This document shows, in pieces, positions 38,258 through 48,590 of a stretch of 64,000 nucleotides of DNA (its first letter is position 1; the number at the start of each line of letters is the position of its first letter). The stretch covers positions 773 to 64,772 of the forward strand of contig JAYRII010000001.1 of assembly GCA_041906885.1 (NCBI GenBank), given 5' to 3'. Both the position numbers and the translations under genes were made by a program. Source of the DNA: Candidatus Saccharimonadia bacterium. GTDB lineage: Bacteria > Patescibacteriota > Saccharimonadia > CAILAD01 > CAZGYV01. Under the pieces are notes generated by a model, which was not told where the DNA came from, did not search any database, and saw only the letters and a program-made list of their open reading frames with translations.

Positions 38258-38701
38258 TTACTTTAGCTTATCGCGCACAATTACACTTACCTGATTGCCG
38301 TCCGCTCTACCACGTAACTTAGCCATTACTCGGCTCATCACCTGCCCCATCTGCGACATATCCTTGTCTTTGGTCGATGCAATGACCTCATCTACTACTT
38401 TAGAGATCTCTTGCTCACTGGCACTTTCAGGTAGGTAGGTATCGATGATTGCCAATTCCTGCTCTTCTTCTTTGACCAGATCATCACGACCAGCTTTTCC
38501 GTATGCCTCGATCGAATCACGACGCTTTTTAGCCTCTTTTTGTAAAACAGACAGAATTTCTGGCATCGTTAGATCATGACCAACTTCAATCTGTTGATTT
38601 TTAATAGCACTTTTGAGTAGTCTTAAAACACCCGTTTTGATTTCATCACGAGCCTTAGCGGACCGAGCTAAATCTGCTTCGAGAGTTTCATATAAGTCCA
38701 T
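38258..38701 (-). CDS. yqeY: GatB/YqeY domain protein
   Basis: KEAKKRRDSIEAY, YLP, MGQVM..GRADG. Confidence 0.93.
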   Translation of the reverse strand: MDLYETLEADLARSAKARDEIKTGVLRLLKSAIKNQQIEVGHDLTMPEILSVLQKEAKKRRDSIEAYGKAGRDDLVKEEEQELAIIDTYLPESASEQEISKVVDEVIASTKDKDMSQMGQVMSRVMAKLRGRADGNQVSVIVRDKLK

Positions 38702-38910
38702 TATTTTATACCTAGAAGCTCTCGAGTCTTCTGTTCTTTACGTGCTCGTTTTCGAATTGCTATTTCGCGTTGTTCGCGCTTCGAGATTGGTTTTTCGAAA
38801 TATTTTTTCTTGCGCGCTACGCTCAAAACACCAGATTGGTTGACTTTTTTATTAAAACGACGAATTAGACTTTCGGTCGACTCATCATCTTTGCGAATTA
38901 CTTGTAGCAA
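38701..38910 (-). CDS. rpsU: 30S ribosomal protein S21
   Basis: ES.ESLIRRF.K, YFEKP; strong SD AAGGAGGTG. Confidence 0.92.
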   Translation of the reverse strand: MLQVIRKDDESTESLIRRFNKKVNQSGVLSVARKKKYFEKPISKREQREIAIRKRARKEQKTRELLGIK

Positions 38911-39021
38911 AAGTATTCACCTCCTTAAAATAAGGATATCTATCCATAAAAAGAAATTAATTATTCAATCAATGTTATTTTACATTATTTTACTAATTTA
39001 AGCAAGGTAACTCTTATGGGT

Positions 39022-40287
39022 TTAGCTTAGCTTATTAGCCACTACTATTGTAACGTCTTTGACAGGCACAATTTCTTGTGTACCATTTACCATATCCTTA
39101 ACTATGACATTGCCACTGGCAAGCTCCTTATTGCCTAGAATCACGCAGAGCTTTGCCTTCAAGCGACTAGCCTGAGCCAACTGACCAGTCATACTACCCT
39201 TAGCATAAGAACTAACTGATGATATATTAACATCTAAAAGCTTCTCAACTAACCTAAAAACCTGGTCGCGTGAATCATCAGATAGGCCAACGACGTAGAC
39301 TTGGGGGGCTGGTGATAATGGCAACTTACCACTTTTTTCAAGCTCTAACAATATACGTTCTACGCCTAAGCCAAAGCCAACGGCCCCAGTTGATTGGCCG
39401 CCGAGCTCTTCGACCAGACCATCATAGCGGCCACCACCACCAATCGAGTCCTGTTGGCCGACATGTGAGCCTTTAAATTCATAGACTGTCCGATTGTAGT
39501 AATCAAAACCACGCACCAGACGCGGATTGAGATCATACTCAATCCCCAAATCATCCAGATACTCTAAAACGGTCGAGAAATGCTCCTTAGTCTCAGCATC
39601 GAGATAGTCTAAGATTTGTGGGGCATTTTCGGCTATTTTCACAATGGCCTCATCCTTACTATCAAGCAAGCGCATTGGATTGCGTGCAAGTTGATTAGTG
39701 GCGTTTTCTGGCAATTCACTTAAATAAGGGGAAAAATATTTGACTAAATCGGCTTGGAATTTCACCCTAGCCTGCTTATCACCGATTGAGTTAACTTGCA
39801 GCTTAAAGTCAATTTCAAGACTTTTAAACAACCTGACCGCTAATGCTATCACATGAGCATCCATATAGGCCTCTTTGACACCAAATACCTCGACTCCAAG
39901 CTGGTGATGCTGTCGATAACGCCCAGCTTGAGGCCGCTCATAACGAAAATGCGGCTCGAAATAGAAAAGTTTGATTGGTTTTGGTTGATTATCGAGGTGA
40001 TTTTCTAGATAGGCTCGAACCACACCAGCGGTCGATTCTGGCTTCAAGGCTAATTTATTATCCGACTTATCAGTAAAAACGTACATTTCCTTTGATACAA
40101 CCTCAGTATCGCTACCGACACTCCGAATGAACAAATTGGCATCCTCAAACATAGGAGTTGAGATGCGTTCAAAGCCAGCCTCCAAGCACAGTCGCGTAAA
40201 ATTATCATAGACCTGTCGCCAGGCAGGCTGAATATCACCCAATATATCTTGAGTACCTCGTGGTTTTTTAAATTTATCACTAGCCAC
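39022..40287 (-). CDS. hisS: Histidine--tRNA ligase
   Basis: PRGTQD, FRYERPQAGRYRQ, LVRGFDYY, GGGRYDGL; start GTG 40287. Confidence 0.98.
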   Translation of the reverse strand: MASDKFKKPRGTQDILGDIQPAWRQVYDNFTRLCLEAGFERISTPMFEDANLFIRSVGSDTEVVSKEMYVFTDKSDNKLALKPESTAGVVRAYLENHLDNQPKPIKLFYFEPHFRYERPQAGRYRQHHQLGVEVFGVKEAYMDAHVIALAVRLFKSLEIDFKLQVNSIGDKQARVKFQADLVKYFSPYLSELPENATNQLARNPMRLLDSKDEAIVKIAENAPQILDYLDAETKEHFSTVLEYLDDLGIEYDLNPRLVRGFDYYNRTVYEFKGSHVGQQDSIGGGGRYDGLVEELGGQSTGAVGFGLGVERILLELEKSGKLPLSPAPQVYVVGLSDDSRDQVFRLVEKLLDVNISSVSSYAKGSMTGQLAQASRLKAKLCVILGNKELASGNVIVKDMVNGTQEIVPVKDVTIVVANKLS

Positions 40288-40352
40288 AGTCTTACCAAGC
40301 TCCCAAATCAATATAAAATAAAATTACCACAAAATCTGACTCTCGACCACTA

Positions 40353-42053
40353 CTAAGTCCGGGCGTTCGAACTGTCGGCCGACTCGACCATATCGATCAC
40401 TTCAAGCTGGACCGATGCTATGTTGCGCCACTGGTTGACATTGAGATGGTAAAGTGCCTTAACCAGACAATCGGCCTTGAGCCAGCTCCACTTGTCAGCC
40501 GCCGAAAAAGCAATTCCACTAAGCTGGCTTCCGCCTGGACTAACAAACTCCAACTTAACATGCTTTAAATCCACCCCAATCAACTTAAAACTTTTTAGTG
40601 TTAGTTGGCTTTCTAGGATCGGTTCTCGATTTTTATTGCCATATGGCTCAAGCCGCCGAAGTTGCTGGGCAGATTCTATCGATAACCGATCGCCATCTAG
40701 TAATAAATCGATCTCGATCGTAGTAATTAAATCAGAATCATGAATGACCTTTTTAGCATATTGATTGATTTGAGTTTTAAATTCATCTAGATTTTCGAGC
40801 TTAATTGTAAGTCCAGCGGCAAACTGATGACCGCCAAATTTCTCCAATAACTTTGAAGAGCTTGAAATCGCCTTTATAATATCAAAGCTCCCGACACTCC
40901 TAGCTGATCCTTTAGCTGTCTCGGCTTGTTTTTGTAGAATAATGGTAGGCTTGGCAAATTTTTCGGCAATTCGTGATGCCGCAATCCCAGCCACACCATG
41001 CGACCAACTCTCATCAGCCAATACCAGTACAGTATCCTTACTATATTTTTTTGCTAACTGGCTGGCCTCTTGGTATATTTTTGCCGTATTCTGTTGTCGT
41101 ATGACATTCAACTGCTCAAGCTCTAAGGCCAGTTCTTTGGCCTCGCTTGCTTGATTGGTGATTAGAAGCTGTAAAGCCTTATTAGCATGCGTTAGTCTAC
41201 CGGCTGCATTAAGACGCGGGCCAAGTCGAAAACCTATATCACCACTCTTGATTCTGGCCAGGTCAACTCCAGTCATTTCAGCTAAAGCCCTTAGGCCGGT
41301 TCGTCGGCTCTTGGCCAGTACTTTTAATCCGAACAATACGAGTGTTCGGTTCTCATCAATTAGAGGTACGACATCACAAACTGTACCGAGTGCCACCAGG
41401 TCAAGTAGCCATTTTTCTTGGCCTTTTTCTAGTCCATTTGGCAATACTGATTGTAGAGCTAAAATAAGCTTATAAGCCACCCCAACTCCAGCAAGCTCGT
41501 TAAAGGGATACTTAGAGGAAGGTAATTTGGGATTGACCAAAGCCACAGCTCTTGCGGGTAGTTTTTCAGGTGGATTATGGTGATCTGTCACGATAATATC
41601 GAGTCCGTCTAGGCTGGCTTGAGCGATTTCTCTCTCCGATGTAATGCCACAGTCAACCGTTATTACCAAATCAGCCCCTTTGGATTTGATTTTTTCTAAC
41701 GCTTGACTATTGATACCATAACCCTCTTCAAATCTATCAGGGATATAGACGGAGACGTTAGCACCAAAGCTCTTTAACCCGTCCAAGAGTAAGCTTGAGG
41801 CAGTCAAGCCGTCAATATCATAGTCGCCGTAGATGACGATCGACTGATTTTTCTTAATGGCCAAGCCCAAACGCTCTACAGCTTTCCCCATATCTGGCAA
41901 TAAAAATGGATCATGCAAGCTGTGCCCAAAGTCAGGATCAATAAAATCAGTCGCATCACTCTCACCTAAACCCCGACTTTTTAGCACACAAAGAGCCAGG
42001 TCATCGCTCAAACCTGGTTCAATCGCACGAGAATAGATCCACTGACTACTAAT
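40353..42053 (-). CDS. recJ: ssDNA exonuclease RecJ (probable ATT start)
   Basis: YGDYDIDG, DCG, TDHH, PRLNAAGR, GGH; frame is open to ATT 42053 after GGGAGG. Confidence 0.95.
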   Translation of the reverse strand: MSSQWIYSRAIEPGLSDDLALCVLKSRGLGESDATDFIDPDFGHSLHDPFLLPDMGKAVERLGLAIKKNQSIVIYGDYDIDGLTASSLLLDGLKSFGANVSVYIPDRFEEGYGINSQALEKIKSKGADLVITVDCGITSEREIAQASLDGLDIIVTDHHNPPEKLPARAVALVNPKLPSSKYPFNELAGVGVAYKLILALQSVLPNGLEKGQEKWLLDLVALGTVCDVVPLIDENRTLVLFGLKVLAKSRRTGLRALAEMTGVDLARIKSGDIGFRLGPRLNAAGRLTHANKALQLLITNQASEAKELALELEQLNVIRQQNTAKIYQEASQLAKKYSKDTVLVLADESWSHGVAGIAASRIAEKFAKPTIILQKQAETAKGSARSVGSFDIIKAISSSSKLLEKFGGHQFAAGLTIKLENLDEFKTQINQYAKKVIHDSDLITTIEIDLLLDGDRLSIESAQQLRRLEPYGNKNREPILESQLTLKSFKLIGVDLKHVKLEFVSPGGSQLSGIAFSAADKWSWLKADCLVKALYHLNVNQWRNIASVQLEVIDMVESADSSNART

Positions 42054-42106
42054 CTTAAGTCCTCCCTAAAATAAAAGGTAGCTGTTGTCTAATTATAGAC
42101 TATGTT

Positions 42107-42289
42107 TTAGAACTTATGGTGAGTAGTCAGGTAATAAGCACTCGAATTTCGAGATTTAAAGCCAATCGGGACTTGCGGCCTGCTGGCTTTGCGATGCGCT
42201 TTTAGGTAGGCATTTGTTTCGGCTATTTTGAGCTCCTTTGCCGTTTGGATGTCACTTTTTATTTTGAGAGTCTTCAGTAATCGATACAT
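42107..42289 (-). CDS. Small basic hypothetical protein
   Basis: ATG 1 nt after the stop of the upstream wHTH gene. Confidence 0.5.
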   Translation of the reverse strand: MYRLLKTLKIKSDIQTAKELKIAETNAYLKAHRKASRPQVPIGFKSRNSSAYYLTTHHKF

Positions 42290-42290
42290 T

Positions 42291-42566
42291 TTATGTCCTT
42301 TTCTTTCTGTTGGTTTTTAACACCATATTCTGCAGTTCGCGGAAAAGTAAAAAATTCTGGTTCGCCCAGTAAAGCTTGGTATTGGCGTCTTTAGCTGATT
42401 TTAGATAACCAACTTTTTCTAGTCGCGAAAGCTCGCGCTGCACATTACCAGGATCTTCCTTTAAAACCTTGGCTAATCCGCGTACGTGCACCCTATAATC
42501 AGGATACTTGCTATATATAGTTATTATTTTACGTCTTGTTTTTGATGTTATGAATAATTTTAGCAT
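42291..42566 (-). CDS. Winged HTH protein (ArsR-like / MNT-antitoxin N-domain-like)
   Basis: SKTRRKI, VRGLAK, NVQREL..LE..G.L.S, Y.AN. Confidence 0.8.
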   Translation of the reverse strand: MLKLFITSKTRRKIITIYSKYPDYRVHVRGLAKVLKEDPGNVQRELSRLEKVGYLKSAKDANTKLYWANQNFLLFRELQNMVLKTNRKKRT

Positions 42567-42689
42567 AGATATTTTTACAACTTTATTTTTATTTATAGCT
42601 TATAAAAGCTTTATAACATTGTAAAACATAAGTTATATAATTTACAACAATTTTTTCAAAGTTATTTATGAAAAAAAGCTTATGCTATA

Positions 42690-43661
42690 ATGGACTTGGA
42701 AATTGGATTCTACCCTAATATGGATTTATTGTGTCCTAATTGTGAAAGCTGCCTCACCCCATCATCGGTCGGGTATCTTTGTGTTGGCTGTGGGGCGGTC
42801 CATAAATTTTATCGCACACCTGACGGCACGCCAATTGGCCCCGATATAAGAAGACGTTCATATAACTCCGAAGCGATGGAGAATCCTAGTCAGCCACCTA
42901 ATGTCACCAGCCAGTCATACCAACCGATAGTCAATCATACCGACTCAATCCAATATAAACGTCACCTGAGGACTCGATTAAAGCAGATGGTTGTACCGGA
43001 GCTTCCTTCGTCGATTGACAATATGGAGCTCAAGCAGGTCGACAGACCTTTGCTCAAACAGGTCGACAAACCTTTGCTCAACCCTGTTCCAGATAGCAAT
43101 GTCTTTCAGCCAGCCATTAGTAATCATGCTGGTGAGTCTAAAACAATCGAAAATCCAAGCCAATTTCAAGCTCCAAAGCAGAAAAAGAGCAGCCTAATAA
43201 AAATAACGCTGATCGCTGGACTAATTGTCCTTTTATTAGTCGTATCCTTAGTGGTAATTGGTCTGATTGGCCGCAGAAATAACGCTGCCCACCAAAGTAC
43301 CTCGACCCCTTCCGCTAGCTCTTCAAAACCTAATGATGCCATCGTTACCACGTCGACTGGTGTGATTGATCGCGATAAACAACGCAAAAGAGACCTCAAG
43401 GAGATCAGTACAGCCCTTGAAGTCTACAAGCAGGATTCTGGCTCCTATCCGATTGGCTCTGATATTAGTGCAGTTTATCCGCTCCAGTTCACAAATCCAC
43501 CCTACATTAAGTTCGTTAGCAATGACCCACTAAGCACTGAATCGGCTAATATTAAATATAGCTATAGCTCTGACGGTAAGACATTTACTTTAAAGGCCAA
43601 AATAGAAAACCCCCAGGATAATGAAATTAAAGATGGATTTTATACCGTTAATGGGTATTAA
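42690..43661 (+). CDS. Zn-ribbon + disordered linker + TM + pilin/GspG-like head domain
   Basis: CPNC..CVGC, TM, 'RDKQRKRDLKEISTALEVY....GSYP', 'DP', 'Y.Y'. Confidence 0.75.
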   Translation: MDLEIGFYPNMDLLCPNCESCLTPSSVGYLCVGCGAVHKFYRTPDGTPIGPDIRRRSYNSEAMENPSQPPNVTSQSYQPIVNHTDSIQYKRHLRTRLKQMVVPELPSSIDNMELKQVDRPLLKQVDKPLLNPVPDSNVFQPAISNHAGESKTIENPSQFQAPKQKKSSLIKITLIAGLIVLLLVVSLVVIGLIGRRNNAAHQSTSTPSASSSKPNDAIVTTSTGVIDRDKQRKRDLKEISTALEVYKQDSGSYPIGSDISAVYPLQFTNPPYIKFVSNDPLSTESANIKYSYSSDGKTFTLKAKIENPQDNEIKDGFYTVNGY

Positions 43662-43663
43662 AG

Positions 43664-44560
43664 TTATTTTGCCTTAGCTCGTTTAATCTTCCAATTATTA
43701 TATACAACCAGTAGCGGCGAGGCATCAAAAATCGATGAGTAGGTACCGGCAATAATGCCGATTAAAAGCGCAAAAACAAACATCTTAATTGATTCGCCAC
43801 CGAATAAGAAAAGAGCCAATAAAGTAATGGTGACAGTCAATGAAGTGTTGATTGATCTAGCAAAGGTCTCAAGAATACTGTCGTTGACAATTTCTTCAAA
43901 TGGCTTATTGTAGCGTCTTAAATTCTCACGAATTCTGTCATAGACTACAATCGTATCATGTACCGAGAATCCAATCACGGTTAAGATTGCTGTCACAAAA
44001 AGACTATCGACTTCAACCCCGAAGAAATGTCCAAGTAGCGAGAATACACCAATCAGAAATAAAGCATCATGCAAAAGTGCCAGTACAGCAGTAATACCAA
44101 AGCTCCATGGACTAACAGGTGGTGGTGTATTGCGAAATGCAAATGCAATGTAAATGACGATCGCTAGAGAGGCCAGCACGATGGCAATTAAAGCGTTGCG
44201 CGTGATATCTCGACTGACAGCTGGTCCAACCGATGAATATGATGTTTCGGTAGCTTTTATTTTGAGTAAACCGCTTTTGATCGCTTGATGAATCTGCTCC
44301 GAATCACCGACGCCCTTATCGCTGTATCTAATGAGTATGGCATCATTACCACTTGGAGTAATTGTAATGTCCTTAACCTTAGCTGACTCCAATATGGCAC
44401 GAATATCATCCTGACTAGCAGTGCCTTTAACCTCCATCTCTTGTCCGCCAGTAAAATCAATACCAGGCTTCAATCCCCATAATACCAACGATATCAGTCC
44501 TGGCAGTATTAGTACCAGTGATATGGTAAACCATAATTTACGCCGGCCGATGATATTCAT
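43664..44560 (-). CDS. secF: Protein translocase subunit SecF
   Basis: GIDFTGG, VGP, GFSVHDTIVVYDRIREN, GTYSS. Confidence 0.97.
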   Translation of the reverse strand: MNIIGRRKLWFTISLVLILPGLISLVLWGLKPGIDFTGGQEMEVKGTASQDDIRAILESAKVKDITITPSGNDAILIRYSDKGVGDSEQIHQAIKSGLLKIKATETSYSSVGPAVSRDITRNALIAIVLASLAIVIYIAFAFRNTPPPVSPWSFGITAVLALLHDALFLIGVFSLLGHFFGVEVDSLFVTAILTVIGFSVHDTIVVYDRIRENLRRYNKPFEEIVNDSILETFARSINTSLTVTITLLALFLFGGESIKMFVFALLIGIIAGTYSSIFDASPLLVVYNNWKIKRAKAK

Positions 44561-45849
44561 TCTTTACCTCCACTAAGCCCATAAATCTTGGGGTTCTGTC
44601 CAAATTTGGTCTTAATCAGTAGCTGCATCAGTGACCGCGATACTGTGATGGCTGTGAACATACTTACAAGTACACCGATCGCCAGGGTAACAGCAAAGCC
44701 TTTAATAATTGGCGCGCCAAAGTTATACAAAATAATACAGGTAATCAGAGTCGATATATTTGAATCCCGAATACTAGTCCAGGCTCGCGAAAAACCGGCC
44801 TCTAAGCCACCGGCTAGGCTCTTACCATGCCTAACTTCTTCACGCATCCGTTCGAATATCAATATATTAGCGTCAACCGCCATGCCAACACTCAATATAA
44901 AACCGGCAATACCGGCTAATGTCAGTACAATCACCCATGGCGTCACAATACTCAGCTTAAATAAGGTGATATTGATTAAGGTGTAGATAATAAGTGCAAT
45001 ACTCGCCACCACACCGGCCGCTCGATAGTATATAATCATAAAAATCATCACCGCCAGCATACCAATAACACCAGCAATTATGCTTTTAGCAATCGATTCA
45101 CTTCCCAAAGTAGCTCCGACTGTTCTTTGCTCGACTAGCTGGATTGGCACCGGCAAAGCACCGGCATTTAAAAGTACAGTGGTTTTTTTGGCCTCGGTAA
45201 CATCCTTAAAGCCTTCCATCTGACCCTTTCCATCGGTGATTGGTGTCGACACCGTGCCATTAAATAAGACCTGATCATCTAGCAGGATCGCCAGACGACT
45301 ATTTTCTTTATTTATCTTAGTGGTAAGATCGGCAAACTTTTGAACTGACTCAGGCTTCATCTCAAACTGAATAATTGGCTTGCCTGACTGTGGATCGATA
45401 TCAACAGTGGCAGTTTTTAGATCTTTACCGCTCACATCGGTTGGCTGAGGCATACCCTCAGCTGAGACTATGTAAAAGCTAAGTTGGGCCGTTTTACCAA
45501 TTAAATTAATAGCTTCATTGATATCCTTGACGCCTGGCAGCTGAACAGCCACACGATCACTACCACTGGTCTGCACCACGACTTCCGATGTGCCGGACGG
45601 ATTGACGCGTTTATTGATCACGTTAATCGTACCTTCGAGCGCATTTTGCCTATCTTTCTGATCAACCTTCGAAAGATCGGCCTGATAAACTAGATTTGCA
45701 CCACCTTGCAAATCCAAACCAAGCCTTACTTTAAGCGCCGTTTTCTTGAGGCCAATAGCACTAAAAACGCGATCTTCGCGCGGAATAGCAATTATCCCCA
45801 CGATCATAGTTAGGGCAATAATGATGTACAGTTTTACTCTATTATTCAT
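44557..45849 (-). CDS. secD: Protein translocase subunit SecD
   Basis: LGLDLQGG, GALP, GMAVDANILIFER. Confidence 0.97.
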   Translation of the reverse strand: MNNRVKLYIIIALTMIVGIIAIPREDRVFSAIGLKKTALKVRLGLDLQGGANLVYQADLSKVDQKDRQNALEGTINVINKRVNPSGTSEVVVQTSGSDRVAVQLPGVKDINEAINLIGKTAQLSFYIVSAEGMPQPTDVSGKDLKTATVDIDPQSGKPIIQFEMKPESVQKFADLTTKINKENSRLAILLDDQVLFNGTVSTPITDGKGQMEGFKDVTEAKKTTVLLNAGALPVPIQLVEQRTVGATLGSESIAKSIIAGVIGMLAVMIFMIIYYRAAGVVASIALIIYTLINITLFKLSIVTPWVIVLTLAGIAGFILSVGMAVDANILIFERMREEVRHGKSLAGGLEAGFSRAWTSIRDSNISTLITCIILYNFGAPIIKGFAVTLAIGVLVSMFTAITVSRSLMQLLIKTKFGQNPKIYGLSGGKE

Positions 45850-46073
45850 TTACTAAATTGATTAGTATTTTTGATAGCTTCAGTATTTTTTATAACAACC
45901 ATAAAGAGATGTTACTTGGTTAAACTCGAAAAGGCAAATTTAAAACGTCTGTCATTTTTATTTTTTAAGTCAGTCGAAAATAAAAATATACGAATGCAGG
46001 CCGTACTGTTATAATATGAGTAATATATTTAACTATAATATTATTTAATATGATTGAACACTAATTTTATTCT

Positions 46074-48017
46074 ATGGATAAGATAAATGTAGTTGCTATA
46101 TCTGTTGTGAGCTATGGTGGACGTGACAATAAAACGTTTGATTATGTAGTTGATAATGGCTCTAATGTTGAGATTGGTAGCATCGTGGTGGTCGATTTTA
46201 AACACAAACAAACTATCGGTGTTGTACGTAAATTCACAGAAAAAAAAGATCTGGATAATGCCATTAAGCTTCTTGCTGTCACCCAAAAACTAGATTACGC
46301 CCCGCTACCTGGATACCTGCTCGCACTAGCCGATTGGATGGTCGAATACTATGATTCTTCTCAAAAAACAGTCTGGCAGACATTACTTCCTAGCGGCCTG
46401 AAAGCTAAATTGAGACATAGCTTTAAAGCTAGTGGCGCTCAAATATCAGTTAGTTCACCTCCAAATCTAACGGATGAACAGCAGCAGGCTTATGCCTCCA
46501 TCAGTCATGGCTCCTCTCGTGGATACTTATTAAACGGTATCACTGGCTCAGGTAAAACCGAGGTTTATATGAGGCTGATTGAAGATAACCTCAAAGATAA
46601 TAAATCGGCCATGGTTTTAGTTCCTGAAATCGCCTTGACTCCACAGATGATAGATCGTCTGACAGCACGATTTGCCGACAAAATCTTGGTAACTCACTCA
46701 CACATGAGTACGACGGACCGGAAGAGAGCCTGGATTGAATTACTTCATTCAGATAAACCATATATCGTTGTCGGTCCACGATCGGCTTTGTTTATGCCTC
46801 TTAAAAATTTAGGTCTAATCATAATTGACGAGGAGCACGAAACTAGCTACAAACAAGAGAATAGTCCACGTTATCAGGCCGGTTACGTTGCAGCTATGTT
46901 GAGTCGACTGACCGGTGCCAAATACATATTAGGCAGTGCGACGCCATCTATTACCACCACCTGGTTAGCCCGTCAGGGTCGGATCGAGGAAGTCCGAATG
47001 AGGCGTCGTGCGCTTGGCCAAAAACTTCCCATTATCAAGATTATTGATCTGAAGAATAGATCAGAGCTACTATCAAAGGAGCTCAAATCTGCCATCGACA
47101 AAACATTGGCTAGGAATAAACAGGTTTTACTTTTTTTGAACCAACGCGGTAGTGCTCAGGCATATCTGTGTGAAAATTGTGGAAATTCCATGCGTTGTCC
47201 GAATTGCGAAACAAGCCTAACCCTGCATGGTGACATTGCACGACTTTTGTGCCATTATTGCAACTACAGCGTGGCACCGCCAGCACTTTGTCCCGTCTGC
47301 CAAAGCGACAAATTATTTTTTATCGGCACTGGCACCAAAGAAGTTGAGGCTAGACTCAAAAAAATCTACCCACACTCAAAGATCGTTAGAATTGATCGTG
47401 ATAACGCCAACTTCGCGCATCTAGATGACACCTACCAAAAACTAAAAAATGGTGAAATCGACATATTAATCGGCACCCAAATGATCGCTCGAGGTCTTGA
47501 TATACCTGGGATTGATTTGGTCGGTGTGATTATGGCTGATAGCGCTCTAAATATTCCAGACTTTTCAGCCAGCGAGAGAACATTCCAACTCTTGACACAG
47601 GTGGCCGGACGAACCAGCCGCCTAGACGACTCTGGTCGAGTCATCATCCAAACCTACTCTCCTAGTCATCCTGCAATAGAAGCCGCTAGCAGACATGACA
47701 GTGATGCATTCTATGACTATGAGCTACCTCATCGTCAAAAATTTCACTACCCACCTTTTTGCTATCTGGCAAAATTAACGTACAATGATGTTAGCGACGA
47801 TAAAGCCCTCAAAGGAGCTGAGAAGATCGCCAATTTACTACGAAAACAGCATGGTGTCACCATACTCGGCCCTGCTCCTGCTCTCGTTCGTAAAGCAGCT
47901 GGCAAATACAGGTGGCATATTATCTTAAAATCATATCAGCGCAATCAATTAATTGAGCTTACCTCCAAGCTGAAAAGCGGCTGGACCATCGATATGGATC
48001 CAATAAACCTACTTTAG
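46074..48017 (+). CDS. priA: Primosomal protein N'
   Basis: GITGSGKTE, DEEHE, 4x CxxC, QVAGR. Confidence 0.96.
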   Translation: MDKINVVAISVVSYGGRDNKTFDYVVDNGSNVEIGSIVVVDFKHKQTIGVVRKFTEKKDLDNAIKLLAVTQKLDYAPLPGYLLALADWMVEYYDSSQKTVWQTLLPSGLKAKLRHSFKASGAQISVSSPPNLTDEQQQAYASISHGSSRGYLLNGITGSGKTEVYMRLIEDNLKDNKSAMVLVPEIALTPQMIDRLTARFADKILVTHSHMSTTDRKRAWIELLHSDKPYIVVGPRSALFMPLKNLGLIIIDEEHETSYKQENSPRYQAGYVAAMLSRLTGAKYILGSATPSITTTWLARQGRIEEVRMRRRALGQKLPIIKIIDLKNRSELLSKELKSAIDKTLARNKQVLLFLNQRGSAQAYLCENCGNSMRCPNCETSLTLHGDIARLLCHYCNYSVAPPALCPVCQSDKLFFIGTGTKEVEARLKKIYPHSKIVRIDRDNANFAHLDDTYQKLKNGEIDILIGTQMIARGLDIPGIDLVGVIMADSALNIPDFSASERTFQLLTQVAGRTSRLDDSGRVIIQTYSPSHPAIEAASRHDSDAFYDYELPHRQKFHYPPFCYLAKLTYNDVSDDKALKGAEKIANLLRKQHGVTILGPAPALVRKAAGKYRWHIILKSYQRNQLIELTSKLKSGWTIDMDPINLL

Positions 48018-48023
48018 AATACA

Positions 48024-48590
48024 ATGATCAGAAAAATCATCACCATCCCAGATAAAATTCTACGAACAAAATCCACTCGAATTGGATTTATTGATGATTC
48101 AATCAAAAAACTAGCCGAGGATATGATCGCAACAACGATCAACTGGGATCATGGTAGCGAATTCGGTGCCGCCTTAGCTGCAATCCAGGTCAATGAGCCG
48201 GTTAGATTAACAGTCGTACGTAATAGTTTCAATGATGGTGAGGATAAGGAATTCACCAGCTTTATTAATCCGGAGATCGTCAAGTACAGTGATGAAACTG
48301 TCACCGATATTGAAGGTTGCCTGAGTGTACCGGGAATTTACGGTCGAGTCGAGCGGCCTAAAAAAATCAAGGTCAAAGCCACTTCGATCGATGGCAGACC
48401 AGTCCGTTTAACTCTTAACGGATTTGCCGCTAGAGTATTTTTACACGAGATAGACCATATGAATGGGAAAATTTTTCTTGACCACATTACTGACAACAGA
48501 GATTTGCTCGAAATTGACAACAAGGGCAAGCTTACGCCAATACAATCAAAAGAAACGCTAAATCGTGAATCAAAATCCAAAACAGCCTAA
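48024..48590 (+). CDS. def: Peptide deformylase
   Basis: GAALAAIQ, EGCLS, HEIDH. Confidence 0.95.
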   Translation: MIRKIITIPDKILRTKSTRIGFIDDSIKKLAEDMIATTINWDHGSEFGAALAAIQVNEPVRLTVVRNSFNDGEDKEFTSFINPEIVKYSDETVTDIEGCLSVPGIYGRVERPKKIKVKATSIDGRPVRLTLNGFAARVFLHEIDHMNGKIFLDHITDNRDLLEIDNKGKLTPIQSKETLNRESKSKTA

